Below are positions 31,821 through 40,935 of a DNA stretch of 64,000 bases, one piece after another. The DNA lies in the NCBI GenBank assembly GCA_963843575.1, contig CAWJKZ010000025.1:64001-128000 (forward strand), given 5' to 3'. The position numbers and the translations under genes were made by a program. This stretch comes from an uncultured Acidobacteriota bacterium. GTDB taxonomy: Bacteria > Acidobacteriota > UBA6911. How positions within the stretch are numbered: position 1 is the stretch's first letter; the number at the start of each line of letters is the position of its first letter. Under the pieces are notes generated by a model. That model ran no database searches. It worked only from the letters and a program-made list of their open reading frames with translations, and was not told where the DNA came from.

Positions 31821-32591
31821 ATGAGAATTCGGCTCCTGCCAGGCAATCTGACCGATCCGGCCCGCCTGCAGCCGCTCACCACTTTCATCATCAACGATTT
31901 CCTCGCCGTCGACGGCGGGAGCGTGGGGATTGCGCTCGGGCTCGAGGCGCAGCGCGCGCTACGTCACGTCGTGGTCACGCACGCGCACGTCGACCACATC
32001 GCCACCCTGCCGATCCTGGTCGCGGAGGTGTTCCCGTTCCTGAACGAGCCCGTGTGTATTTACGCCGCTCCGGAGGTTCTCCGCAGCCTGCGCGAACACG
32101 TGTTCAACGACGCGATCTGGCCGGATTTCCGCCGCATCACGCTCGCCGACGGGAGCGCGCCGGGACTCCGGTACCAGGAAATCGCCCCGCCGACGCCGTT
32201 CCACGTCGGAGAACTCCGGCTGACCCCCGTGTGGACCAACCACACGGTGCCGACGGTCGGGCTGGCGGTCGAAGACGCCGAGGGCGCGGTGATCATAACT
32301 TCGGACACCTACCACACCGACGAGATCTGGGCCGTGGCGAACAGGCTGGCGGGGCTGCGGGCGGTGTTTGTGGACGTGTCCTACCCGAACGAGATGGAGG
32401 CACTGGCCCGGGATTCGAAACACCTGACGCCCGCCGGCCTGGACGTCGAACTGAGGAAGCTCCGGGACTCGGTGCCGGTCTTCGCAGTGCACCTCAAACC
32501 GCAGTTCCGCGACCGCACCGTCGAGCAGCTCGCCGCCCTCGGACGTCCCAACGTCGGGGTGGGCGAAATCGGCAGGGAGTACCGATTCTGA
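31821..32591 (+). CDS. Class II cyclic-nucleotide phosphodiesterase (MBL fold)
   Basis: THAHVDHI, HVFNDAIWPDF, NHTVP, HLTP, HLKP. Confidence 0.8.
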   Translation: MRIRLLPGNLTDPARLQPLTTFIINDFLAVDGGSVGIALGLEAQRALRHVVVTHAHVDHIATLPILVAEVFPFLNEPVCIYAAPEVLRSLREHVFNDAIWPDFRRITLADGSAPGLRYQEIAPPTPFHVGELRLTPVWTNHTVPTVGLAVEDAEGAVIITSDTYHTDEIWAVANRLAGLRAVFVDVSYPNEMEALARDSKHLTPAGLDVELRKLRDSVPVFAVHLKPQFRDRTVEQLAALGRPNVGVGEIGREYRF

Positions 32592-32670
32592 GCGGCCGAC
32601 GGACTCGCTCGAGGCGTCTGCGATCTCCAGGCGGCGAAAATCAAAAAACTGCCACGGAATTCTCGGAATT

Positions 32671-33759
32671 TCAATTGTGGGTCTTGCGGGTTCCTCGGTG
32701 TTTCCGTGGCGAGTTTTGGCTTGTGTGCGCCCGCTCCAATACAGCCTCAGCGCGATCCGGGAGCCCGCGCCGCCTCAGGGCCGATTCGGTGGCACGGCGG
32801 TTGCCCTCGACCGTGGGCGGCCAATTCCCGGTCGATTCCGCCCGGGGATAGACGGGCGCGGAATATCCCCGGTAGAGTTCCGTCCGCAGGTGGGCGAGCA
32901 TCTGGTGCCCGGCGCGGCGCGCCCGCTCAACCCTGAGCGCCTCGACATCGACCGGCCCGACCACGATGCGCTCTCCCGGTCCCGGTTCGGCCTGAGCCAG
33001 TATCCTGCCGTCGAAATCGACGATCATGCTCCCGCCGGGCCAGCTGAACGGAGGGTAGTGTGCGAGCCGGGCTCCCTGGTTCGCTGCCACGACGTAGGCC
33101 ATGTTCTCGAGGGCACGGCAGCGGTTGACGACCGTCCACCAGTCCAGCGGCGCGGCGGTACCCCACGGATCCATGTAAGCGGAAACCCGTATCAGCACCT
33201 CGGCCCCTTTCAGCGCGAGCTGCCGGATGGCTTCGGGGAAGAGCCAGTCGTAGCAGATCGCCGCGCCGAGCAGACCGATCTCGGTCTGAACCACGGGGAA
33301 AGGATCTGCCCCGTATTGCGAGAGGTCGTGAGGGCTGGCGTGCACCTCCCAGGGGACCCAGGGGTGCGTCTTGCGGTACTTCGCCAGGACTCCGCCCGGA
33401 CCGATCAGGCAGGTCGTGTTGAACACGACGCCCGGGAAGGCGGCGTCCGACTCGAGGAAGGTCCCGGTCTGAATGTAGATGCCGTGGTGCCTGGCCCGCT
33501 GCTCGTAGCGTCGCGTGTGCTCGTTAGGAACCGGCACCGCCAGCTTCTCGGCCAACTCCGCGACGGTGGGGTACACCGGCGGCGTGTGCGCAAATTCAGG
33601 GAAAACCACGAGCCGCACCGGGAAAAAAGGCTCATAGCCGAGGACAGCGTGATCGATCATTTCGACCATGCGATCAACTCGAGCCGCAATGTCGGCGCGC
33701 GAGGCCGCACTCGGGAAATCCGTCTGGCAGCAGGCGGCGTAATAGCGAAGCTCGTTCAT
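32671..33759 (-). CDS. Nitrilase-superfamily amidohydrolase
   Basis: FPEF / YRK / ICYD triad. Confidence 0.85.
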   Translation of the reverse strand: MNELRYYAACCQTDFPSAASRADIAARVDRMVEMIDHAVLGYEPFFPVRLVVFPEFAHTPPVYPTVAELAEKLAVPVPNEHTRRYEQRARHHGIYIQTGTFLESDAAFPGVVFNTTCLIGPGGVLAKYRKTHPWVPWEVHASPHDLSQYGADPFPVVQTEIGLLGAAICYDWLFPEAIRQLALKGAEVLIRVSAYMDPWGTAAPLDWWTVVNRCRALENMAYVVAANQGARLAHYPPFSWPGGSMIVDFDGRILAQAEPGPGERIVVGPVDVEALRVERARRAGHQMLAHLRTELYRGYSAPVYPRAESTGNWPPTVEGNRRATESALRRRGLPDRAEAVLERAHTSQNSPRKHRGTRKTHN

Positions 33760-33810
33760 AGGCGACGAGGATATCACACGTGTCATTCTCGCCGACCCAT
33801 CGACGGCCAA

Positions 33811-33917
33811 GTGGGTCCGGGCTTCAGCCCTGACAACGCCTTTAAAACCGTCTCATACCGTGACACATGCACTGCATAGCTACCGCACACAGCGTCCGGG
33901 CTGAAGCCCGGACCCAC
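33811..33917. repeat. REPIN-like doublet (GTGG-type REP)
   Basis: Perfect 20-bp inverted repeat GTGGGTCCGGGCTTCAGCCC / GGGCTGAAGCCCGGACCCAC. Confidence 0.8.
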
Positions 33918-34105
33918 GGAGAGGGGACCCCATTGTCAACGGGTCGGCCCAGGGCGTAAGCTTCAATCGATTAGTCCCAAGACCGCGGCGGCCACCCTCG
34001 GGTGAGTGACCTCCGCGAAGGCAGCACTAAAAAAGAAAACCAAGGCCCACGGGCGGTGCACGCCGTCCGGCGCAGCATCTGTTGTTCGGGCCCAGGGGTC
34101 GGCGC

Positions 34106-36895
34106 ATGAAAACGGACTGGCTTGCCAGGTGGACTGGTTTGTTTCTGATCGTACTTCTGGTGAACACCGCCTACATCGCCGCCTTCGCGTCGCCTACGGT
34201 CTTCTACATGGCGAACGTCGCGCTGCATCTCGGGCTGGGGGCGGCGCTGGCCCTCGCCGGCATCACCCTGCTGGCGCGTCATCCGGATCTTCGGCGTGCG
34301 CTGCGCTTCGCAACCCCGGGATTCGCCGTATCGCTCGCGCTGGGGCTATACCTGGCCTGGGCGGGGAACACCACCGAGAACCGCTGGGTGTTGTGGGGGC
34401 ACATAGCCTCGGCGGCGCTCGGCCTCGCAGGGATGACCCCGTTCGTCTGGCGGTCCGCCTCCCGCGAAGGCTGGCGGCAGTTCAGAACCGCCTTTCAGTA
34501 TTCGGCCATGCTTCTCGTACTCCTCCCGCTCGGCATGACCGCGTATCGGAAGGCGGTCCCCAATCCCGCCGACACCATCCGCAACCCGCTGACCGTGCCT
34601 GTTTCGATGCACGAAGAGGGCGGAGGGCCCGGTTCGCCCTTCTTCCCTTCCTCGGCCAAGACCAACGTGGGTGGAATCATCCCGTCAAACTTCTTCATGG
34701 ACTCCGCGACCTGCGGCGAGTGCCACAAGGACATCTACGCGCAGTGGCAGAGCTCCGCCCACCGCTTCGCCTCCTTCAACAACCAGTTCTACCGGAAGTC
34801 CGTGGAGTACATGCAGGACGTCGTCGGCACGCAGCCGAGCAAGTGGTGCGCCGGGTGCCATGATCACGCCGTGTTCTTCAACGGGCGCTTCGAACGGCCG
34901 ATCAAGGAACAGATCGACACGCCCGAAGCCCACGCCGGCCTGGCCTGCACGTCGTGCCACTCCATCGTTCACGTGGACAGCACGATGGGCAACGGCGGCT
35001 TCACCATCGAGTACCCTCCGCTGCACGAGCTTGCCAACAGCAAGAACAAGTACATCCGGATGATGGACCGGTTCCTCACCTACCTGGACCCGGAGCCGCA
35101 CCGCCGCACCTTCATGAAGCCGTTCATGCGAGGGCCGGACTCGCCCGAGTACTGCGCGTCCTGTCACAAGGTGCACCTCGACGTCCCGGTGAACAGCTAC
35201 CGGTGGTTCCGCGGGTTCAACGACTACGACAACTGGCAGGCCAGCGGGGTATCCGGGCAGGGGGCGCGCTCCTTCTACTACCCGGGGCAGAGCTCGACGT
35301 GCATCGACTGCCACATGCCGCTCGTGAACTCGCGCGATCCGGGCAATCACGGCGGCAAGGTCCATTCGCACCGGTTCCCCGGCGCGAACACGGCGTTGCC
35401 GTTCGTGAACCGGGACGAGGGACAGATGAAGGCCGTGCTCGACTTCCTCCAGTCCGGCTTCATCTCCGTCGACATCTTTGCCGCGACCCCGGTCGAGGAT
35501 CAGCCGGGGCAGATGCAGATGGTGCGCCGCTCGAACCAGACGCCGCAGCCGATGTCCTCCTTCGCGGTCGGAGAAGAGGCCGAAAGCTCGGCCCCGATCA
35601 TGATCCGTGAGGTAGGCAAAGTGGCCGCCCCGGTCGACCGCTCCGCCCTGACACTGGTCCCGGGGAGCACGGTGCGGCTCGACGTCGTGGTCCGCACCCG
35701 AAAGATCGGGCACTTCTTCCCCGGCGGCACAGTGGACGCCTTCGATGTCTGGCTCGAACTGCAGGGGACCGATGCCGCGGGCAAGATCGTGTTCTGGAGC
35801 GGCCAGGCGACGGACGAAGGCCGTGGGCCCGTGGAGCCCGGGGCTCACTTCTATCGTTCGTACCAGCTCGACGGCGAGGGAAACCCGATAAACAAGCGCA
35901 ACGCCTGGCAGGCGCGCAGCGTCCTGTACGTGCGCTTGATCCCTCCGGGGGCCGCCGACGTGGCGCACTACCGGGTGAAGATACCCGAGGACGCCCGCGG
36001 GCCCCTGACCTTCACCGCCCGGTTGAACTACCGCAAGTTTGCACACTACTACACGCAGTTTGCCTATGCCGGGCAGCCGAGGCCGGGCCAGGACCCGTCG
36101 CTGTTGAACCCACGCCACAACAGCCTGGAGTACTCCTTCGAGAAGAGCAACATCCCGGCGAACGTCTCCGGGAAGATCAAGGACCACATCCCCGATCTCC
36201 CGACGACCGTGCTGGCCCAGGCAACGGCCCGGATCGAGCTCGGGCAGGAAACCCGCTGGGCCCCGGTGGCCGGCAAGAAGGATCGCGAGCGCTGGAATGA
36301 CTGGGGGATTGGGCTGCTGTTGCAGGGCGACCTCAAGGGGGCCGAGTATGCGTTCAAGAAAGTCACCGAGGCCGAGCCCGGGTACGCCGACGGCTGGCTG
36401 AACGTCGCGCGGGCCTTGATCCAGGAAGGGGAGACCGACGCCGCAAAGCCGTACCTCCGGAAGGCGCTCGAACTCGATCCCGAACTCGGCCGCATCCATT
36501 TCTTCAAGGCGATGACCGAAAAGGCGGACGGGAACTACGATGCCGCCCTCGCGTCGCTGGCGCTCGTGGAGCGCAAGTACCCGCGCGACCGCGTGGTGCT
36601 CAACCAGACCGCGCGCATCCTGTTCCTGAAGCGCCAGTACGCTGAAGCTCTCCAAGTCCTCGAGAGGGTCTGTGCGGTGGATCCCGAAGACGTGCAGATG
36701 CACTACACGGCCATGCTCTGCTATCGCGGCCTGGGCGACGCCCAGAAAGCCGAGCGCGAGGAGAGGCTGTTCAGGAGGTTCAAGGCCGAGGAATCGTCGC
36801 AGTCGATCACGGCCAGACGCCGTCTGCTCAGCCCGGAGGACAACAACGAGCGGCAGCAGATTCACGATCACGAGGGCACGGCCGGGGGGATGTGA
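34106..36895 (+). CDS. Membrane-anchored pentaheme cytochrome c with C-terminal TPRs
   Basis: About 5 N-terminal TM segments; CGECH, CAGCH, CTSCH, CASCH, CIDCH; TPR tail. Confidence 0.85.
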   Translation: MKTDWLARWTGLFLIVLLVNTAYIAAFASPTVFYMANVALHLGLGAALALAGITLLARHPDLRRALRFATPGFAVSLALGLYLAWAGNTTENRWVLWGHIASAALGLAGMTPFVWRSASREGWRQFRTAFQYSAMLLVLLPLGMTAYRKAVPNPADTIRNPLTVPVSMHEEGGGPGSPFFPSSAKTNVGGIIPSNFFMDSATCGECHKDIYAQWQSSAHRFASFNNQFYRKSVEYMQDVVGTQPSKWCAGCHDHAVFFNGRFERPIKEQIDTPEAHAGLACTSCHSIVHVDSTMGNGGFTIEYPPLHELANSKNKYIRMMDRFLTYLDPEPHRRTFMKPFMRGPDSPEYCASCHKVHLDVPVNSYRWFRGFNDYDNWQASGVSGQGARSFYYPGQSSTCIDCHMPLVNSRDPGNHGGKVHSHRFPGANTALPFVNRDEGQMKAVLDFLQSGFISVDIFAATPVEDQPGQMQMVRRSNQTPQPMSSFAVGEEAESSAPIMIREVGKVAAPVDRSALTLVPGSTVRLDVVVRTRKIGHFFPGGTVDAFDVWLELQGTDAAGKIVFWSGQATDEGRGPVEPGAHFYRSYQLDGEGNPINKRNAWQARSVLYVRLIPPGAADVAHYRVKIPEDARGPLTFTARLNYRKFAHYYTQFAYAGQPRPGQDPSLLNPRHNSLEYSFEKSNIPANVSGKIKDHIPDLPTTVLAQATARIELGQETRWAPVAGKKDRERWNDWGIGLLLQGDLKGAEYAFKKVTEAEPGYADGWLNVARALIQEGETDAAKPYLRKALELDPELGRIHFFKAMTEKADGNYDAALASLALVERKYPRDRVVLNQTARILFLKRQYAEALQVLERVCAVDPEDVQMHYTAMLCYRGLGDAQKAEREERLFRRFKAEESSQSITARRRLLSPEDNNERQQIHDHEGTAGGM

Positions 36896-38610
36896 GGCCG
36901 TCACGTGTCGGGTTCTGGCAACTGGGGGGGATTCCGTTGAGAAACTGGGCAGTGTTGATGACGGCGGTGGTTTCGCTCGCGGCAGCGGCCGGAGCTACCT
37001 CGGAGGTGACGTTCACCGACATCACGTCGCGCGCCGGGATCAGGTTCGTGCACAACAGCGGAAAGACCGGGAAGAAATACCTCCCCGAAACCATGGGGTC
37101 GGGTTGTGCGCTTTTTGACGCGGACGGTGACGGCCGCCTCGACATCCTCTTCGTCAACAGCCGGGACTGGGTCCCGGGAACCCGCAGGTCGCTGCATGCC
37201 CTGTATCGCAACAACGGCGACGGCACATTCCGCGACATCACGGCCGGCAGCGGTCTGGATATCGAGATGTACGGGCTTGGAGTTGCGGTCGGCGACTACG
37301 ACAACGACGGCCGGGACGACGTCTACATCACCGCGCTCGAAGGGGACCGTCTCTTTCAAAACGAGGGAGGCGGCCGGTTTCGCGACGTGACGAAGGCCGC
37401 GGGCATAGCAAACGCAAACTTCGGCACGAGCGCCGCATGGCTGGACTACGACCGGGACGGCAACCTCGACCTGTTTGTCGCCAACTACGTGCAGTGGAGC
37501 ATCAAGGGCGATCTCTGGTGTTCGCTGGACGGGGGGACGAAATCCTACTGCACCCCCGAATCCTACAAAGGCACGCCTTCGCGACTGTACCGGAATCTGG
37601 GGAACGGCCGGTTCGAAGACGTCGGCCGGAAAGCCGGGATCGCCGACCCGACCAGCAAATCCCTTGGGGTCGCGGTGCTCGATTTCGACGGGGACGGCTG
37701 GCCCGACCTCTTCGTGGCCAACGACACCCAGCCCAACAAGCTCTACCGCAATAACCGGGACGGCACCTTCCGGGACGAAGGGATGCTCGCCGGGGTCGGT
37801 TACGGCGAGGACGGCGTCGCTCGCGGCGCCATGGGCGTCGACAGCGCGGATTACGACCAGTCCGGACGGGCGCACCTCCTGGTCGGCAATTTCTCCAACC
37901 AGATGCTCGGGCTCTACCACAACGAGGGGAACGGGCTTTTCGTCGACGAGGCCCCCTCGTCCACCGTCGGGCGCGCCAGCCTGCTCACGCTGGCCTTCGG
38001 CGTCTTCTTCTTCGATTTCGACCTCGACGGGAATCCCGACATCTTTGCCGCCAATGGCCACATCGAGGAAGAGATCGGCCGCGTCCAGCCCAAGGTGCAG
38101 TACAAGGAGCCGCCGCTTCTGTTCCGCAACATCGGCAAGGGCAAGTTCGAGAACGTGTCGGAGGCTGTGGGCCGGGACTTTGCCAGGCCGGCCGTGGCGC
38201 GCGGGGCAGCCTACGGGGACCTCGACGGCGACGGCGATCTCGACCTCGTCGTCACCTCCAATCACGGTCCCGCATGTGTTTTCCGAAACGACGGCGGCAA
38301 CCGCAACAACTGGCTCTGCGTGAAGACGATCGGGACCAAGTCCAACCGCGACGGCATCGGCGCTGTCGTGCGGGTCCAGACAGCTAACACGCGGCAGTGG
38401 AGCGTCGTGCGCAGCGGTTCCAGCTACTGCTCGCAGAGCGATCTCGCCCTCACCTTCGGACTGGGCCGGGACACGGTGGTCCGGACGCTGGAAATCGAGT
38501 GGCCCAGCGGCCTGAAACAGAGGTGGGCGAACCTTCGACCCAACCAGCGCATCACCGTTGAGGAAGGCATAGGGATGGAGGGAGCGGCGGCCGCCACCCC
38601 CAGCGACTAG
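36892..38610 (+). CDS. CRTAC1-family FG-GAP repeat protein with ASPIC/UnbV domain
   Basis: Repeated DxDxDGxxD motifs; NRDGIGA, GSSYCSQS...FGLG, EWPSG. Confidence 0.9.
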   Translation: MRPSRVGFWQLGGIPLRNWAVLMTAVVSLAAAAGATSEVTFTDITSRAGIRFVHNSGKTGKKYLPETMGSGCALFDADGDGRLDILFVNSRDWVPGTRRSLHALYRNNGDGTFRDITAGSGLDIEMYGLGVAVGDYDNDGRDDVYITALEGDRLFQNEGGGRFRDVTKAAGIANANFGTSAAWLDYDRDGNLDLFVANYVQWSIKGDLWCSLDGGTKSYCTPESYKGTPSRLYRNLGNGRFEDVGRKAGIADPTSKSLGVAVLDFDGDGWPDLFVANDTQPNKLYRNNRDGTFRDEGMLAGVGYGEDGVARGAMGVDSADYDQSGRAHLLVGNFSNQMLGLYHNEGNGLFVDEAPSSTVGRASLLTLAFGVFFFDFDLDGNPDIFAANGHIEEEIGRVQPKVQYKEPPLLFRNIGKGKFENVSEAVGRDFARPAVARGAAYGDLDGDGDLDLVVTSNHGPACVFRNDGGNRNNWLCVKTIGTKSNRDGIGAVVRVQTANTRQWSVVRSGSSYCSQSDLALTFGLGRDTVVRTLEIEWPSGLKQRWANLRPNQRITVEEGIGMEGAAAATPSD

Positions 38611-38742
38611 CGCTACCGCTGCCCGAACCCGTGCACCGATCACCCGACTTTATCTACGTGGCCGAATCTACGTGCCGGGTCAAATGACCCGGGCCGCCCC
38701 GGGGGCATGAGCGGCTTCCGGCACTGGCGCAGACGCCGTATA

Positions 38743-39714
38743 ATGGGGGCCGTGGACGACACCAGCGCCGACGAAAAGGAATCGCAATTGGAGGAACCCG
38801 AAACAACGGGGGATCCAGACTCCGCAAGTGAACTCGAGATTGCGCCCACCGGGCTCGCCCACTACGACCCGCTCAGACGATACCTGTGGGAGATCAGCAA
38901 GTTCGCGGCGCTCAGCCGCGACGAGGAGCAGCGCCTGGCTGACCTCTACCACGAAACGGGCGACCGTCACGCGGCCTACCACCTGGTCACATCCAACCTC
39001 AAACTTGTGGTCAAGATTGCGATGATCTACCACAAGGTCTACCAGAACATCATGGACCTAGTCCAGGAGGGCAATCTCGGGTTGATGCAGGCTATCCGGC
39101 GCTTCGACCCGCGCCGCGGCACCCGGCTCTCGACCTACGCGGTCTGGTGGATCAAGGCCTACATCTTGAAGTTTCTCCTCGACAACTCCCGTATGGTGCG
39201 CATCGGCACCACCAACGCGCGCCGCAAGATCCTCATGAACCTTAACCGGGAAAGGCGCGAGTTGGAGGCGAAAGGAATCGTCCCGACCTCGCAGTTGCTG
39301 GCACAGAACCTCGGGGTCGATGAAAGAGATCTGCTCGAAGTCGAGCAAGGCATGACCGGACCCGACATCTCGCTCGACGCCCCCGTCGGCGAAGGGAGCG
39401 ACCTCCGGTTCGAGGACACCCTGAACCTCATGGAGCAGAGCGTCGACGAGAAAATCGCTCAGGGCGAGTTCCGGCACCTGCTGGAACAGAAGTTCGAGGA
39501 GTTCGCCGGGACGCTCTCCGAGCGGGAGCGCGTCATCCTGAACCGGCGCCTCATCGCGGACAACCCACAAACTCTGCAGCAGATCGCCGATCTCTACGGC
39601 ATCTCCCGCGAGGCGGTGCGGGTGGCAGAGAAGAAACTGGTCGCGAAGATCAAGAAGTACATGGTCGAGTCTTTCGGTGATGTGCGTGAAATCGAGTTCA
39701 ACCTGCGAGGCTAA
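38743..39714 (+). CDS. RNA polymerase sigma factor, RpoH/sigma32-like
   Basis: YLWEISKF, SNLKLVVKIA, DLVQEGNLGL, RLSTYAVWWI, region 4 SREAVR; start uncertain (38743 or 38752). Confidence 0.85.
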   Translation: MGAVDDTSADEKESQLEEPETTGDPDSASELEIAPTGLAHYDPLRRYLWEISKFAALSRDEEQRLADLYHETGDRHAAYHLVTSNLKLVVKIAMIYHKVYQNIMDLVQEGNLGLMQAIRRFDPRRGTRLSTYAVWWIKAYILKFLLDNSRMVRIGTTNARRKILMNLNRERRELEAKGIVPTSQLLAQNLGVDERDLLEVEQGMTGPDISLDAPVGEGSDLRFEDTLNLMEQSVDEKIAQGEFRHLLEQKFEEFAGTLSERERVILNRRLIADNPQTLQQIADLYGISREAVRVAEKKLVAKIKKYMVESFGDVREIEFNLRG

Positions 39715-39716
39715 TC

Positions 39717-40718
39717 GTGCGAAACTCCGGCGCCCGTATCACAGACCGCTTCCGTCTCGACAACCTGCAAACCGTCATTCTCGAAAATGAGTTCCTGCGC
39801 GTCACGGTCCTGGCAGACCAGGGGAGCGACATTTTCGAGCTCGTGTACAAGCCCAAGGACATCGATTTGCTCTGGCATTCGCCCCAGGGGGTGCGCCGCC
39901 GGGAGAATTTCGTCGCCTCGAGCTACAACAGCCGCCCGTTCTTCGATTACTACGAAGGCGGCTGGCAGGAACTTTTCCCGCATGGAAGCGCGCCGACACA
40001 GTATGCCGGGACCGAGCTGGGGTTCCACGGCGAAGTCTGGGGCCTTCCGTGGGAACACCAGATCCTGGCCGACGGACCCGGCGAAGTTTCGGCCCGGTTC
40101 AGAGTGCGGACGGCCCGGATGCCGTTCCTGCTCGAGCGCACGATGACGTTGCGAGCGAACGATCCGGTGCTGCGCATGAAGGAAACGGTGGTCAACGAGG
40201 GCCGGCGGCCGCTCGAGTTCATGTGGGGGCATCACCCGGCCTTTGGCCCGCCGTTCCTCGACCGGAATTGCGTGCTGGACGCGCCTGCACGCCGCATCCG
40301 GCTTGGCGACGAACTGCACCCGTGGCCGGTGGACCGCACCGGGAAGGACCACAGCCGCCTCGTCCCCGAGTCTTCGGACCAGGAGATCATGAAATACCTG
40401 CACGACCTGCGGCAGGGATGGGTGGCACTGACCAACCCGGGCATGAAACTCGGGGTCGGTCTGGTCTTCGACCCCGCGGTGTTTGGCTGTGTTTGGCTCT
40501 GGCATGAGTTCGAATACACCAAGGACTACCCTTGGTGGGGACGGGCGCATGTGTTTGGGCTCGAGCCCCAGAGCAGCCTTCCAGGCGCCCACGAGAAGGG
40601 GTTGCGCCTTCTGGAGCTGGCTGCCGGTGCCCGGATGGACACGGAGCTCCTGGCCGTCGTCTACGAAGCTGCGGGCGTGCGGCGTATCACACCGGCCGGA
40701 AAAGTCATACCCAAGTAA
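39717..40718 (+). CDS. Galactose mutarotase-like (aldose 1-epimerase fold) protein
   Basis: LENEFLRVTVL..GSDI, GGWQE.FP, HGEVW, WGHHPAF, GLEP. Confidence 0.7.
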   Translation: MRNSGARITDRFRLDNLQTVILENEFLRVTVLADQGSDIFELVYKPKDIDLLWHSPQGVRRRENFVASSYNSRPFFDYYEGGWQELFPHGSAPTQYAGTELGFHGEVWGLPWEHQILADGPGEVSARFRVRTARMPFLLERTMTLRANDPVLRMKETVVNEGRRPLEFMWGHHPAFGPPFLDRNCVLDAPARRIRLGDELHPWPVDRTGKDHSRLVPESSDQEIMKYLHDLRQGWVALTNPGMKLGVGLVFDPAVFGCVWLWHEFEYTKDYPWWGRAHVFGLEPQSSLPGAHEKGLRLLELAAGARMDTELLAVVYEAAGVRRITPAGKVIPK

Positions 40719-40935
40719 TCGACCCGGGCGGCGGCCCGAGCCCTTTGCCCCAGCCGGGCCGCCGCCGGTCGAAATCCGGGTTTCTTTGGGTTTTTTTAGC
40801 CGATTACTTGACTTTTTGGCCTTTGTCTGCAAAAAGTTGCACCCACCTGATCCTCCTCAGTTGAGTTCTTGTGCCCTCGTCCGAGGATGGACTTGAAATC
40901 ATGTAGATAGTTGGGAAGTTTTCAGGGGAGACGAA

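Noticed and set aside
30879-32591. Pycsar/CBASS-type anti-phage system
   Set aside because: The cyclase has adenylate-type specificity residues and an FHA domain, the partner resembles a class II phosphodiesterase, and there is no cNMP-binding effector or defence-island context.
33960-34080. Possible riboswitch upstream of the cytochrome gene
   Set aside because: Some hairpin potential, but no recognisable aptamer consensus or expression platform.
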